From positions 1 to 64,000 of IMG/VR virus record IMGVR_UViG_3300044987_001050: a stretch of DNA of 64,000 nt; one strand, written 5' to 3'. The stretch comes from a virus. The translations under genes and the position numbers were made by a program. Shown piece after piece: positions 31,314 through 40,825 of the stretch; positions within the stretch are counted from its first letter, which is position 1; the number at the start of each line of letters is the position of its first letter. The notes under the pieces were generated by a model that was given only the letters and a program-made list of their open reading frames with translations, searched no databases and had not been told where the DNA came from.

Positions 31314-31834
31314 AATCTCCTAAGGATTACGGATACGTCCTACACAAGAACCTCTGCCTCTTTCAGAAGGGACCGCTGTCTCAATGGTGGGGTGGCTACC
31401 CAGGACAGAACTCAAGCTTCGTTCCTGAAGGCGGAGGCGAAACATATAACTGTGCTGAACAATGGATGATGACTGTGAAGGCTGTGTTGATGGGCGATGA
31501 AGAAACCGCTCAGCTTATCCTAGCTGAAAAGAATCCTGCCAATCATAAGGCGCTGGGACGGCAGATCAAAAACTTCGACTCCGCACTTTGGGACAAACAT
31601 AAGGAGAAGGCGGTGTATCTTGGCAACCTCTTCAAGTTCAGACAGAACGCCGACATCCGAGAATTCCTTATCTCCTTTCCGCGCAACACGATCTTTGCTG
31701 AAGCCGCACCTTGGGATAATGTCTGGGGAATCGGACTTGGACCGACTGATCCGGCTGCGCTCGATCAGTCGAAATGGAAGGGTCAAAATCTGCTCGGAAA
31801 GGCGATTCAGAAGGTCCACCGAGAATTGCTGTAA
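31310..31834 (+). CDS. NADAR (YbiA-like) ADP-ribosylhydrolase
   Basis: LSQW, AEQWMM..KA, KALGRQIKNF, KFRQN, EAAPWDNVWGIG and GQNLLG motifs. Confidence 0.9.
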   Translation: MKSPKDYGYVLHKNLCLFQKGPLSQWWGGYPGQNSSFVPEGGGETYNCAEQWMMTVKAVLMGDEETAQLILAEKNPANHKALGRQIKNFDSALWDKHKEKAVYLGNLFKFRQNADIREFLISFPRNTIFAEAAPWDNVWGIGLGPTDPAALDQSKWKGQNLLGKAIQKVHRELL

Positions 31835-31916
31835 CTGATTGATTCTTAACAAATTCACAAAATTCATCATTTTGTGCATTTTTCTTGTTTACAAGCCGAG
31901 AATTGTTTGTTAGAAT
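31831..31916 (+). promoter_or_regulatory. Early-promoter/stem-loop cassette (PeSL-like), copy 2
   Basis: Identical blocks GTAACTGATTGATTCT (16 nt) and TTTGTGCATTTTTCTTGTTTACAAGCC (27 nt) shared with copy 1; TTTACA 31888 -N17- TAGAAT 31911; shorter 8-bp stem. Confidence 0.8.
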
Positions 31917-31930
31917 CTGGTGTACCCACC

Positions 31931-32032
31931 ATGAAAACGCTCGCCAACACACCGGCCTACCTCGTAGTCGAACTTGCGATTTATACCTTCGCCGCCATCG
32001 CGATTCAAACCTTCGTGATGTTCGTCAAATAA
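31931..32032 (+). CDS. 33-aa hydrophobic peptide (not in the ORF track)
   Basis: MKTLANTPAYLVVELAIYTFAAIAIQTFVMFVK directly after the promoter. Confidence 0.5.
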   Translation: MKTLANTPAYLVVELAIYTFAAIAIQTFVMFVK

Positions 32033-32668
32033 CGTTCACCACCTTTCGTCATGAAAACAAACATTCTCGTCAAAAACAAAACCCGCATTGTCGCGCTTGA
32101 CAAAGCAACCCAGCGTGAACTGCTTGAAGCCAAGTCGAACACGCTCGCGACAATCAAGAAATGGGAAGACCGCGTTGCTGCTGGCATGACCCTCGGAACC
32201 GCTGGAGTCATCGCGACAATGAAAAATCATTTGAGTTCGATCGTCGTCGAGATCGCTTCCCGTGTTGGTAAGAAAGCAAAAGCATGAATTTTGAACCGCT
32301 CAACTACTACTCGGCGAAGCGCATTCGCGAGGACAAGGCATTCACGATTGAATTGCCGGTCACGCCTCAATCCGCGCCTGACGGCAAGCGCGAGAAAGAT
32401 GCTTGTGAATCGCTCGTCGCCCGTGGCTTCCTCGTCGAAGTCAACCGCAACATCTTCGTCAAGAATTACCGCGCCCCGAAATGAGACAACGCCTATTCAC
32501 GAATGAATACAAAGTCGGTGATGAAGTCGCGATCATTCGTGCTCGGCACGGCTGGCATGACGGCCAAACCGAAGGAAAGATCATTCGCCTCTCTACTCAT
32601 GAAGCGATTGTCATGACCGAAGACCACTCACAATACGAAATCGAACATCCCCGAGACATCAGAAAATT

Positions 32669-33562
32669 ATGAAAGGCAACAAATACGACAACCTCTTCGG
32701 AGACGACCGCGATTGGATCGAAGACGCTTTGCGCGACTATGAAGTCCCGGACGGCGTGATCAACGAGATCGGCGCACACTTCATCGTACTGCAAACCAAG
32801 CTCGACAAGCTCGAGGCTGAGAAGGTGAACAAGCGAGACATCTTTGCTGAGATCGCGGCAGATTATGATGGTGATGATGATTTCAGAAGATACTTCAAGA
32901 AGATCGCAGATGAAGATGTGTTTTCACACCTCACGCCCAAGAATGCAACGCCAACAGTATCTGAGATCATGGACTTGTGGCCTGCCGGAACTGAAGTGAA
33001 GTACAACACATTCATCGAAGCCACTCGTCTCAAGGTCGCAGTAACTGTGACTCATGATGGAGCGCTCGCTTTCTTCAAGTATGATTGGAAGACCGCTGAG
33101 CCATACAGTTCTAACGGACGAGACAACCTGATCGACTGGCTTGGAAACCTTGGCCATGCTCAACTCGTCGCGCTCAAGAAGAAGCTGAAGAAGAACATCC
33201 AACGGACGGTCGATATTGCAAAGGCTCGAAAGCCGGTCAAGATCATCAAGCGCGAGCCACACATTCAGTCGCTCAAGACTGGCAAATTCTTTTCACTCAC
33301 TCCGAATACAATCGCCGATCTGTGGCCTATCGGCATGAGTGTTAAGTATACGCACAAGCGCACTCAAACCGAACGTAATTTTCTCAGGACTGGTCACGAT
33401 ACCCTGCGTGTGACTGATTATCAACTTGAGTCTGGGCGGAATATCCCTCAGGGAACTCGCCCACTATTCGCATTCCTCCGTGAACTCAACCGCGAGAAAA
33501 AGCGCAAACTGCTCAAGCGGATCTTCAAGAACCGTCAAAGAAAGCGTGATTCTATCCACTGA
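32669..33562 (+). CDS. Hypothetical protein with an internally duplicated domain
   Basis: LTP..I.DLWP.G..VKY occurs twice, each followed by a basic helix. Confidence 0.6.
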   Translation: MKGNKYDNLFGDDRDWIEDALRDYEVPDGVINEIGAHFIVLQTKLDKLEAEKVNKRDIFAEIAADYDGDDDFRRYFKKIADEDVFSHLTPKNATPTVSEIMDLWPAGTEVKYNTFIEATRLKVAVTVTHDGALAFFKYDWKTAEPYSSNGRDNLIDWLGNLGHAQLVALKKKLKKNIQRTVDIAKARKPVKIIKREPHIQSLKTGKFFSLTPNTIADLWPIGMSVKYTHKRTQTERNFLRTGHDTLRVTDYQLESGRNIPQGTRPLFAFLRELNREKKRKLLKRIFKNRQRKRDSIH

Positions 33563-33573
33563 AAATAATTTTG

Positions 33574-33602
33574 TTTACAAGTCGGCTAAAATTTATTAGA
33601 AT
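33574..33602 (+). promoter_or_regulatory. Early promoter (GTTTACA-N17-TAGAAT)
   Basis: 17-nt spacer, AT-rich upstream. Confidence 0.7.
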
Positions 33603-33627
33603 TAACCGTACCCCAAACCACTACATT

Positions 33628-34062
33628 ATGAAAAAGACTGCTGAAATCACTTCGATCCGTCCACGGCTTCACTCCAATCGTGAACGGTACTTGCCTTCAG
33701 GTTGTGTTGTGCATGTTGATTGCAACGCGACAAACCTCATCGATTCCTTCTTTTCCGAAAACGAAATTTACTTGCTTGGCTTCAAGTGTAAGACTTGGGG
33801 CAAGGTTTCCAGGCTTGGAACGAAGGCGACGATTGTTTCACTCCGCGAAATCTTTGGCGACGACACGTCAATCAAGTGGAGCCGCACGGCAGGTTGTGCA
33901 TGCGGTTGCTCGCCAGGATATCGTGTTGGGAACCTGCCGTATGGCTCGCCCTACACTAACAAGAATATGAGCGTGAAGGTCGTGACCGACGTCTCCGCTA
34001 TCAAAGGCGCTCTCCCAGGATTCAAGATTGATCTTGACAAAGAAATCGCGAAGAACTCATGA
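33628..34062 (+). CDS. Conserved phage hypothetical protein
   Basis: WSRTAGCACGCSPGY motif. Confidence 0.6.
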   Translation: MKKTAEITSIRPRLHSNRERYLPSGCVVHVDCNATNLIDSFFSENEIYLLGFKCKTWGKVSRLGTKATIVSLREIFGDDTSIKWSRTAGCACGCSPGYRVGNLPYGSPYTNKNMSVKVVTDVSAIKGALPGFKIDLDKEIAKNS

Positions 34063-34715
34063 GTCTGACTTACAAGAGATTCCTCAACATGTTAGCCGTG
34101 ATCTCGGTCGCGGCTTACTTTGTTGAAGTAGGATTGGAAATGGAAGGCGACCTCCGCTTCCTAATCCTCGAGCGATGCGTTGCCATCATCTTCACAATCG
34201 AACTGTTCATTCAGCTCAAACGGGAGACCGCTTATTGGAAGACAGGCGAGTTTATCGTTGACATCCTCTCGATCCTACCGTTCTATGTCGGCTTCTTTGT
34301 TCCTGCTCAATACCTCGGAATCATTCGAACACTCCGAGTCTTTCGACTGCTCAAACTCTTCTGGCATAATGATTCATTCACGGTCATGAAGAATGCCTTT
34401 GCGCTTGCTTGGCCATCAGTGAGGAACGTCGGCTTCTGCTTGATATGTCTCGCCCTCTTCTGTTCCGCCATCCTCTTCCAAGTTGAGCCGACTACATTCG
34501 GGTCAATCGGCAACACGCTCTACTTCGTATTGACAACTATCACGACCATCGGCTTCGGTGACTACTCGCCTAAGACCGGACTCGGAAAGGCAATCACGAT
34601 CTTCCTACTGTATGGTCCGTCGCTGATGGTCTGCGGATCCTTAATAGGCGTCGTCTGCTCCTCATATCAAACCTCTCTTGAACAATTCAACAAAACCAAA
34701 CATGAATCCGATTGA
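34059..34715 (+). CDS. 6-TM voltage-gated-type potassium channel
   Basis: S2 IFTIE, S3 VDILSILPFY, S4 IRTLRVFRLLK and selectivity filter TTIGFGD. Confidence 0.9.
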   Translation: MSLTYKRFLNMLAVISVAAYFVEVGLEMEGDLRFLILERCVAIIFTIELFIQLKRETAYWKTGEFIVDILSILPFYVGFFVPAQYLGIIRTLRVFRLLKLFWHNDSFTVMKNAFALAWPSVRNVGFCLICLALFCSAILFQVEPTTFGSIGNTLYFVLTTITTIGFGDYSPKTGLGKAITIFLLYGPSLMVCGSLIGVVCSSYQTSLEQFNKTKHESD

Positions 34716-35067
34716 ACTAACCCGCGAAATGATCGAAGACTGCATTCTCAACTCGAAGGTATTTCGAGATGCGATCATCGACAACATTATGCTTGCTCAG
34801 AAGCCGAACCTCCACGAGGAACTGCTGAAAGCCATGCATGATTCGGTTCAGCCCAACCACATCGGCGGCGGTACCACGATGAACAAGATCGCTTTCATCA
34901 AGGCAATCCGCGAACTCTCACAGAAACGCGCCCGCGAGTTCGTTGAACAGTATCCGTCGATCATCTCAGGTTCTGAATACTTTGGTCCTGGCGGCGCGTC
35001 GACCTTGGGCCTCGCTGATTCGAAGCACCTCGCCGAATCCTACATCTCGCTCCATTACCGCCCATGA
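34702..35067 (+). CDS. Protein with a ribosomal L7/L12 C-terminal-like domain
   Basis: NKIAFIKAIREL...LGLADSKHLAE resembles KI..IK..RE...GL.EAK..VE with an insertion. Confidence 0.5.
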   Translation: MNPIELTREMIEDCILNSKVFRDAIIDNIMLAQKPNLHEELLKAMHDSVQPNHIGGGTTMNKIAFIKAIRELSQKRAREFVEQYPSIISGSEYFGPGGASTLGLADSKHLAESYISLHYRP

Positions 35068-35906
35068 TGGCCAACGTTTTCATTACACGCACTAAGGGTA
35101 CCCGCCGTCCTTCGCGCTACGCTGCCTTTGAGGCAAAGATGCGCGAGGAACAACACAAGCGGATGAAGGAGATCGGCACGCCCACGATGTCTGAACTCAA
35201 AGAACGGGTCGAGGCGGCTGGCTATCACTTCGGTACCGCTATCAGGAACGAGTTTGTCAATATGTACCCAGCTGGGTATGTCGACAAAGCGGGTGAGAAC
35301 CGCAAGTGTTGGGTGACATGGCATCCCACTAAAACCGAGAAGGCAACCCACATCTCGAAGAACTTCGACACACTAACCTACCGCCCGTTGCTCGACGACG
35401 ATTTCTGCTTACCCCTACACATGCGATGATACCTCTATTCCAAACGATTGACGTGCACGAAGTGCTTGACCTCCCGATTGTCTTGCGTGACATGACGAAG
35501 ACCCTTCGGTATTCATACATAGATCTATACGACCGCTATGAAGAAGCGGTCTTCTATGCCTCGAGTTCAACCGCGGATCAGCATATGCTCGATAGTTTTC
35601 GGACTAACCCTCCCAAGCCGCCGACATGCGACGATGTTAGGAGTTACGACTTCACCGCTTTAGGCAACACCCTTTTCGTTTACGGAATCATATGAAAGCA
35701 CCAATCACAGTAACAATCACCGGCTTCGTTTCAATGGAACACGCAGAGGCTTGGGCCGCATGGTATGATGGCTCAGGCGAGCAACAGTCAGACGACTGGC
35801 TCGAGGAATGTGATGTTCCATCTGCATACCTCAAAGGCCCGCCGATCATCGAAGAAAACAACATCACGCTGGCCCTTCACGATCTCCCGCGTGGATGAAA
35901 ATCTGA

Positions 35907-35935
35907 TTTACATCCTCACCAAAATTTGATATAAT
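35907..35935 (+). promoter_or_regulatory. Promoter (TTTACA-N17-TATAAT), likely leaderless mRNA
   Basis: ATG exactly 7 nt after the -10 hexamer. Confidence 0.75.
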
Positions 35936-35942
35936 AACACAA

Positions 35943-37010
35943 ATGAAAATCGCTTCTGTAGAAAAACTAATTTCTGTTGAACCGCATCCAAATGCGGACC
36001 GTCTTGATCTCGTCAAGGTGTTGGGTTACCAATGCGTGACCGAAAAGGGCCTGCATTCCGCTGGCGACCTCATCATCTACATTCAGCCTGACTCTGTCTT
36101 GCCTGAAGATGCAGCATGGGCTGAGGGCTATCGCAAGTACTCTCCTGGTCGTATCAAGGCCGTGAAGCTCCGCGGTGAATTCTCGGAAGGCATCATCGTG
36201 AAGTTCGAGCAAGTTGGTTTGGCTAATTCCTACGGGACTGAAGGATTTGATGTTGCTGAATTGCTTGGCGTCAAACACTACGAGCCACCGCTTCCCCAAG
36301 ATCTTTCTGCAAAGGGTGCCCTTCCTTTCGGCATCCCGAAGACCGACGAAGAGCGTTGGGAGAACATCACGGGCCGCTTGCCTTTCGGTGAGAAGGTTGA
36401 TGTGTCTCTGAAGATCGACGGCCAATCATGGTCTGCATATTACAATGTCAAGACAAAGGAGTTCGGCGTGCTGGGCCGCACGATGGAATACAAGGAAGAG
36501 TGCTCCAACCGTTACACAGCACAGATCGAACGGTATGACATCAAGAACAAGCTTGTTCAATACTGCACTGAGCTTGGCATGTCGCTTTGTATCCGAGGCG
36601 AGTCTTATGGCGATGGCCTTCAAGCGCACTCATTCAATCCGCATGCGAAGGAAAAGGCAGGTCTTGCTATCTTCTCCGTATATCTCATCGATGAACGCCG
36701 CTACGCTCGTAAAGGTCATCCGTTCTATTACCCGCTTGTTGCTGAACAACTCGGCCTTCCAACTGTGCCAATCCTCGAGCGTGACGTGGTGCTTACACAG
36801 GAACTCATCGACAAGTACTCCGTTGGTCTCAAGAAGATTGACGGCAAGCCATTCGAAGGCGTCGTGATCAACCACGGTGACTACGTCATCGAGCGCGAGT
36901 CGAACATCATGGTTTGCCCTGACGGAGTTGAACGCGATGTTGGCGGCGCAAAGACATACGTTGCTCATTCCTTCAAGGTCATCTCGAAGCACTACGATTC
37001 ACAGAAGTGA
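35943..37010 (+). CDS. RNA ligase, DRB0094 family (N-terminal OB/tRNA-binding-like domain)
   Basis: HPNADRLD, KLRGEFSEG, PKTDEER, KIDG, RGE, EGVV and SFKVI motifs. Confidence 0.88.
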   Translation: MKIASVEKLISVEPHPNADRLDLVKVLGYQCVTEKGLHSAGDLIIYIQPDSVLPEDAAWAEGYRKYSPGRIKAVKLRGEFSEGIIVKFEQVGLANSYGTEGFDVAELLGVKHYEPPLPQDLSAKGALPFGIPKTDEERWENITGRLPFGEKVDVSLKIDGQSWSAYYNVKTKEFGVLGRTMEYKEECSNRYTAQIERYDIKNKLVQYCTELGMSLCIRGESYGDGLQAHSFNPHAKEKAGLAIFSVYLIDERRYARKGHPFYYPLVAEQLGLPTVPILERDVVLTQELIDKYSVGLKKIDGKPFEGVVINHGDYVIERESNIMVCPDGVERDVGGAKTYVAHSFKVISKHYDSQK

Positions 37011-37601
37011 TCCGTGTTTGAGCAAAAGATAACGCGATACTCCGGTAAGCTGCTCTGCTTCAATAATGCTAGAGAAGGTCTTGCCGGAGTATTCAATCTT
37101 CTTTGATGTATGCCGCTTTGAACTTATAGACATTTTTCTACGAGTAGCATCGGAAGCAGAAGATCCCAATTTAGCAATAGACAAATTTTTCCTATGCTCG
37201 TCTGAGAATGTCATTCCTTTCTTAGCAACAGATATTCGTCTGCGTGATTCATCAGATCGCTTGCATGATGCCGGATGCTCTTTCCCAAATTTGCCAACAA
37301 GCCGCTGACCATTCTCTCTAGTAAATCCACCAAGCCCGCCTGGTTTTAAGTTATACACATTTCCACTTGAGATGAATTCATCTGTTACTAATTCACGTTC
37401 TTTAGCATATGCTTCAGTCGCGTTGTCAAACTCATGAAGCGTAACTCTTTTGAATTTTGATCTTCCGTGTTTCTTGATTGCTCTAGAGATTAGAGTGCCT
37501 GAACCAAGATAGTCATCATGATCTCCGCCATTTCTATGAACACCAATGTAAATTTTGCCAGTCTCTAAATTAGTAGTTTCATACACGATGTACATAACCA
37601 T
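36999..37601 (-). mobile_element. Free-standing GIY-YIG (Seg-like) homing endonuclease with NUMOD3 repeats
   Basis: IVYETTN..GKIYIG..YLGSG..AIKKHG..F, YNLKPGG and repeated SDE.R..IS motifs. It is the only convincing minus-strand gene, is AT-richer, and has a late-like AATAAATA just upstream. Confidence 0.9.
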
Positions 37602-38316
37602 ATTTATTTCCAAATGAGTGACACTTCAAGAGGCGGAGACGCCTACATCCCGTCTATGACGTGGGCCTACGCAGCTGAAGAGTTGCGTAGGCTCGCCTCG
37701 CAATTTACAATAGAGCGTAAGCAAGATCTTGAGAACAAGTTCATGTTTCGTATTGTGAGCGTTCAAAAGAAGCGGACTGATAAACCCGCCATCCCAGTGC
37801 ATATAAATTTTGATATGCACACGAAAACGATGCAACAGCAAGAGACCCAAGCGATTCTTTCGACGTTCGATCAACTCGATGCGCTCGTCGAGAAATGCGA
37901 CCGGCTCGAGCATGAGCGCGATCTTTGGAAAGCCGAAGCAGAACGTTGGCGGGAAATCGCCATGACGAAAGAAGACTAATGTGTTTCATCCCGCCGCCTG
38001 CGCCACCTGCACCTCCGTCGCCTCGCAATATAGTTCACTGCCGAGGTTGCAACTCTCTAGTTGATGCTAGCGTCTGGGGAGACCTTTGCTCAATTTGTGT
38101 TGTCACTGGAGGAAAAAGTCCTCCGGCTGTAGAAGAGACTGTCTCACCTGGGTGGCATCCAACATCAATTCAAATAAAAGGTTGGGAACCTACATTACGT
38201 CCACAACGACCACTCCGAACGTCTCGTGAAGTTGTTTGTGAATCGCCTAAGGCGCCGATGTCATTCCAAGAGGAGATGGACGCAGCTCTTGCCTTTAATC
38301 CATTACAAGATTTGAT

Positions 38317-38345
38317 TTTACAACGCACGAAGAATGTGATATAAT
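38317..38345 (+). promoter_or_regulatory. Promoter (TTTACA-N17-TATAAT), likely leaderless mRNA
   Basis: ATG 7 nt after the -10 hexamer. Confidence 0.75.
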
Positions 38346-38352
38346 TACTAAT

Positions 38353-39102
38353 ATGCTACCAATCTATAAAGTTGCCGACATTCGGCAAGCATTCGTTGAA
38401 AAATACCTAAGAGGAGATATCGTAACAAATGACACAGGTTCGTTGTCCGGTGCTGATACAGTCGAGATCCTCGGCGCTTCATTCATTGCTGACGAGTCTG
38501 CAATCTTTGGTGTACCCAACTATCCTTACATCCAAAACGAGATTGATTGGTACATCTCGAAGTCGCTCAACGTGAATGACATTCCTGGCGAGGTGCCTAA
38601 GATCTGGAAGGCGGTTGCTTCTCCTGATGGTCTCATCAACTCGAACTACGGGTACCTCATCTTCTCCAAAGAAAACGGTGCACAGGTTTGCAATGTCATC
38701 GACACGCTATTGCAGTCGCCGTCGTCTCGACGTGCAACAATGATCTACACGCGGCCGACAATGCATGTTGATTTCAACACGAATGGCATGCAAGATTTCG
38801 TTTGCACGAACGCCGTGCAGTACATCATTCGCAACAATCGACTGCACGTGATCGTTCAGATGCGCTCTAACGACGCATGGGCAGGCTTCCGCAATGACCT
38901 GGCTTGGCAACTCTTCGTTCAGAAGTTTGTGCTTTATGCTTTGAATGCGCCACGTTTCAACAGCTTATATGAGCTAGGTGATGTTCATTGGCAGGTGTCA
39001 TCGTTGCACGTCTACCAACGCCAATTCTATTTGCTCGATCACTTCGCGAAGACGGGCGAACACCACATCACGCTCGAAAACTATAACAAGCTTTACAAAT
39101 GA
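38353..39102 (+). CDS. 42: dCMP hydroxymethylase-like protein (T4 gp42 family, thymidylate synthase fold)
   Basis: TVEILGASFIADE, EIDWY, INSNYG, SRRA.MIYTRP.M, DFVCT and MRSND..GFRND (Asp specificity residue as in gp42), SLHVY. Confidence 0.85.
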   Translation: MLPIYKVADIRQAFVEKYLRGDIVTNDTGSLSGADTVEILGASFIADESAIFGVPNYPYIQNEIDWYISKSLNVNDIPGEVPKIWKAVASPDGLINSNYGYLIFSKENGAQVCNVIDTLLQSPSSRRATMIYTRPTMHVDFNTNGMQDFVCTNAVQYIIRNNRLHVIVQMRSNDAWAGFRNDLAWQLFVQKFVLYALNAPRFNSLYELGDVHWQVSSLHVYQRQFYLLDHFAKTGEHHITLENYNKLYK

Positions 39103-39355
39103 ACATGGCTGAACAACATCGTGAAGACATCATCACCAAGGCAGAGGTTGAGGCTGAGCTTGATCAGCTATTAGGCAAGATCAGAAGCGAGCGCCAGCCT
39201 AACACACGCGGAGTTATGCTCCTAACACAATTCCTCGCAGGCCTGATGTTACAGTATGGAAATATTGATCAGTCCAAGCTTGACGCTCACGAGTTTATGT
39301 TTTGGCTTACTCATAATGGCGACGGAACTCTAATCACCCCGGCAATCAAAAACGC

Positions 39356-39625
39356 ATGACAACATATCAAACAATTCAGGAAGTACTTGAGAAGGTAATC
39401 GGCGAAGCTAATACGCCTGAGCTGCGCGCAAAGGTTACGAAAGAACTTGAGGATCGTCTGAAGGAGTGTGTTCGTATCAAAGTCATTTGCGACGAGACTA
39501 CTAATCCGCCGTCAGTGATTTATATGAATGAGTTGCGCGGGATTGTCATTAAGGGAGATGCTAAGAAACCTGAAGAGACACAGTACCGATTCAGGATTAG
39601 TTCAACCGGAATAAATGTTGTATGA
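39356..39625 (+). CDS. Stand-alone tail-sheath C-terminal-like fragment
   Basis: IGEANTPELR...VICDETTNPPSVIYMNEL resembles gp18 FE.N....R...V.CDETNN.P.VI..NE. Confidence 0.55.
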   Translation: MTTYQTIQEVLEKVIGEANTPELRAKVTKELEDRLKECVRIKVICDETTNPPSVIYMNELRGIVIKGDAKKPEETQYRFRISSTGINVV

Positions 39626-40110
39626 TAACACTTGAAAACATTAACAAGCAAGACGCGTGTAAGAACCTGCTCGAGTCTCCAGCACCTATCGTTGTTGGCC
39701 GCCTAATCGATGATATCCGCGCGTACATTTCGTTCGTGGACGCGCTTACTAAGCAAGTAAGGATTCATCCTATTGATGAAGACGATCTGAACGAACTAAT
39801 CGACAAACACATACCTTCATGAAGATGGCATCCTTAATAGAAACTCGCGAGCAGAAAAAGATCTGCTCATTGATAAACGAACTCGAAGAAATCCTTTTCA
39901 AGCATGTTGATTCGCCTGGCGTAGACATAACAGACCTCGAGATACCAAATCAACTTGTAAGACATGTAGCTCGTCAGATGTTGTTTCATACAAAGGCTTT
40001 TCCTGGCGTTCATGATCTCGACTATTCTCGTCTTGGCGTGCTAGCAATAACTCCGCCCAACTTCTCGATCAACTATTACACCACCTGGGCCTTCCAAGAA
40101 ATTTACGACA

Positions 40111-40497
40111 ATGCTGTTTAAGAAAGGTGATCCTATTGCGGTTGACTTCGATGGAACTTGCGTAACACACGAATATCCGAAGGTCGGTCGATTCATCGGT
40201 GCACAGAAAGTGTTGCATCGTATTGTTGCTGAGGGCGGTAAGCTTATCTTATGGACAATGCGAAGCGGCGAACATCTCGATGATGCGCTTGCTTGGTTTG
40301 ACGAGAATGATATTCCGCTCTACGGTATTCAGGTAAACCCAGGCCAGTACACATGGACGACTAGTCCTAAGGCGTATGCAAAGATTTACATCGATGATGC
40401 CGCGCTTGGTTGTCCCATGAAGCCAGGCTTTAAAGATGAACGTCCTTTCGTTGACTGGGACGCAGTAGAACTCTTACTATTCGGAAACAATGCATAA
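40111..40497 (+). CDS. HAD phosphatase (BT0820-like)
   Basis: IAVDFDGT, LILWTMR and K.YA.IYIDD motifs. Confidence 0.82.
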   Translation: MLFKKGDPIAVDFDGTCVTHEYPKVGRFIGAQKVLHRIVAEGGKLILWTMRSGEHLDDALAWFDENDIPLYGIQVNPGQYTWTTSPKAYAKIYIDDAALGCPMKPGFKDERPFVDWDAVELLLFGNNA

Positions 40498-40825
40498 AGA
40501 AGACCTCCAAGAAATCGTTGACTTGTCCGATATGTTAACGACCGACATCGAAAGTTTCATCGGCGAGTTCAACGATGAACTAACGAGAAGTCGACTCACG
40601 GAAATCATGCGAATGTACTTCGTTAGAGTTCGCGCGATAACACGTCTTCCGATTGACATCAACAAGATTGGGTTGTGCAACATCAGTAAGATAGCGCCAA
40701 CTATTGGATCTGACTTTGGTTTACCTACAGACAGATCTGAAAACGAAATAAGAGCTAATGCATACACCCAAAGTGCCTTTCGAGATATCTCCCGCATTAT
40801 TGAAGACAATCAAGTTTCGTCCTGA
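40490..40825 (+). CDS. Hypothetical protein
   Basis: Contains FIGEFNDELTR, weakly sheath-like. Confidence 0.45.
   Translation: MHKEDLQEIVDLSDMLTTDIESFIGEFNDELTRSRLTEIMRMYFVRVRAITRLPIDINKIGLCNISKIAPTIGSDFGLPTDRSENEIRANAYTQSAFRDISRIIEDNQVSS

Noticed and set aside
38353-39102. Ordinary thymidylate synthase ThyA
   Set aside because: It has the gp42-type GFRND (Asp) signature, and a separate ThyX-like gene is present.
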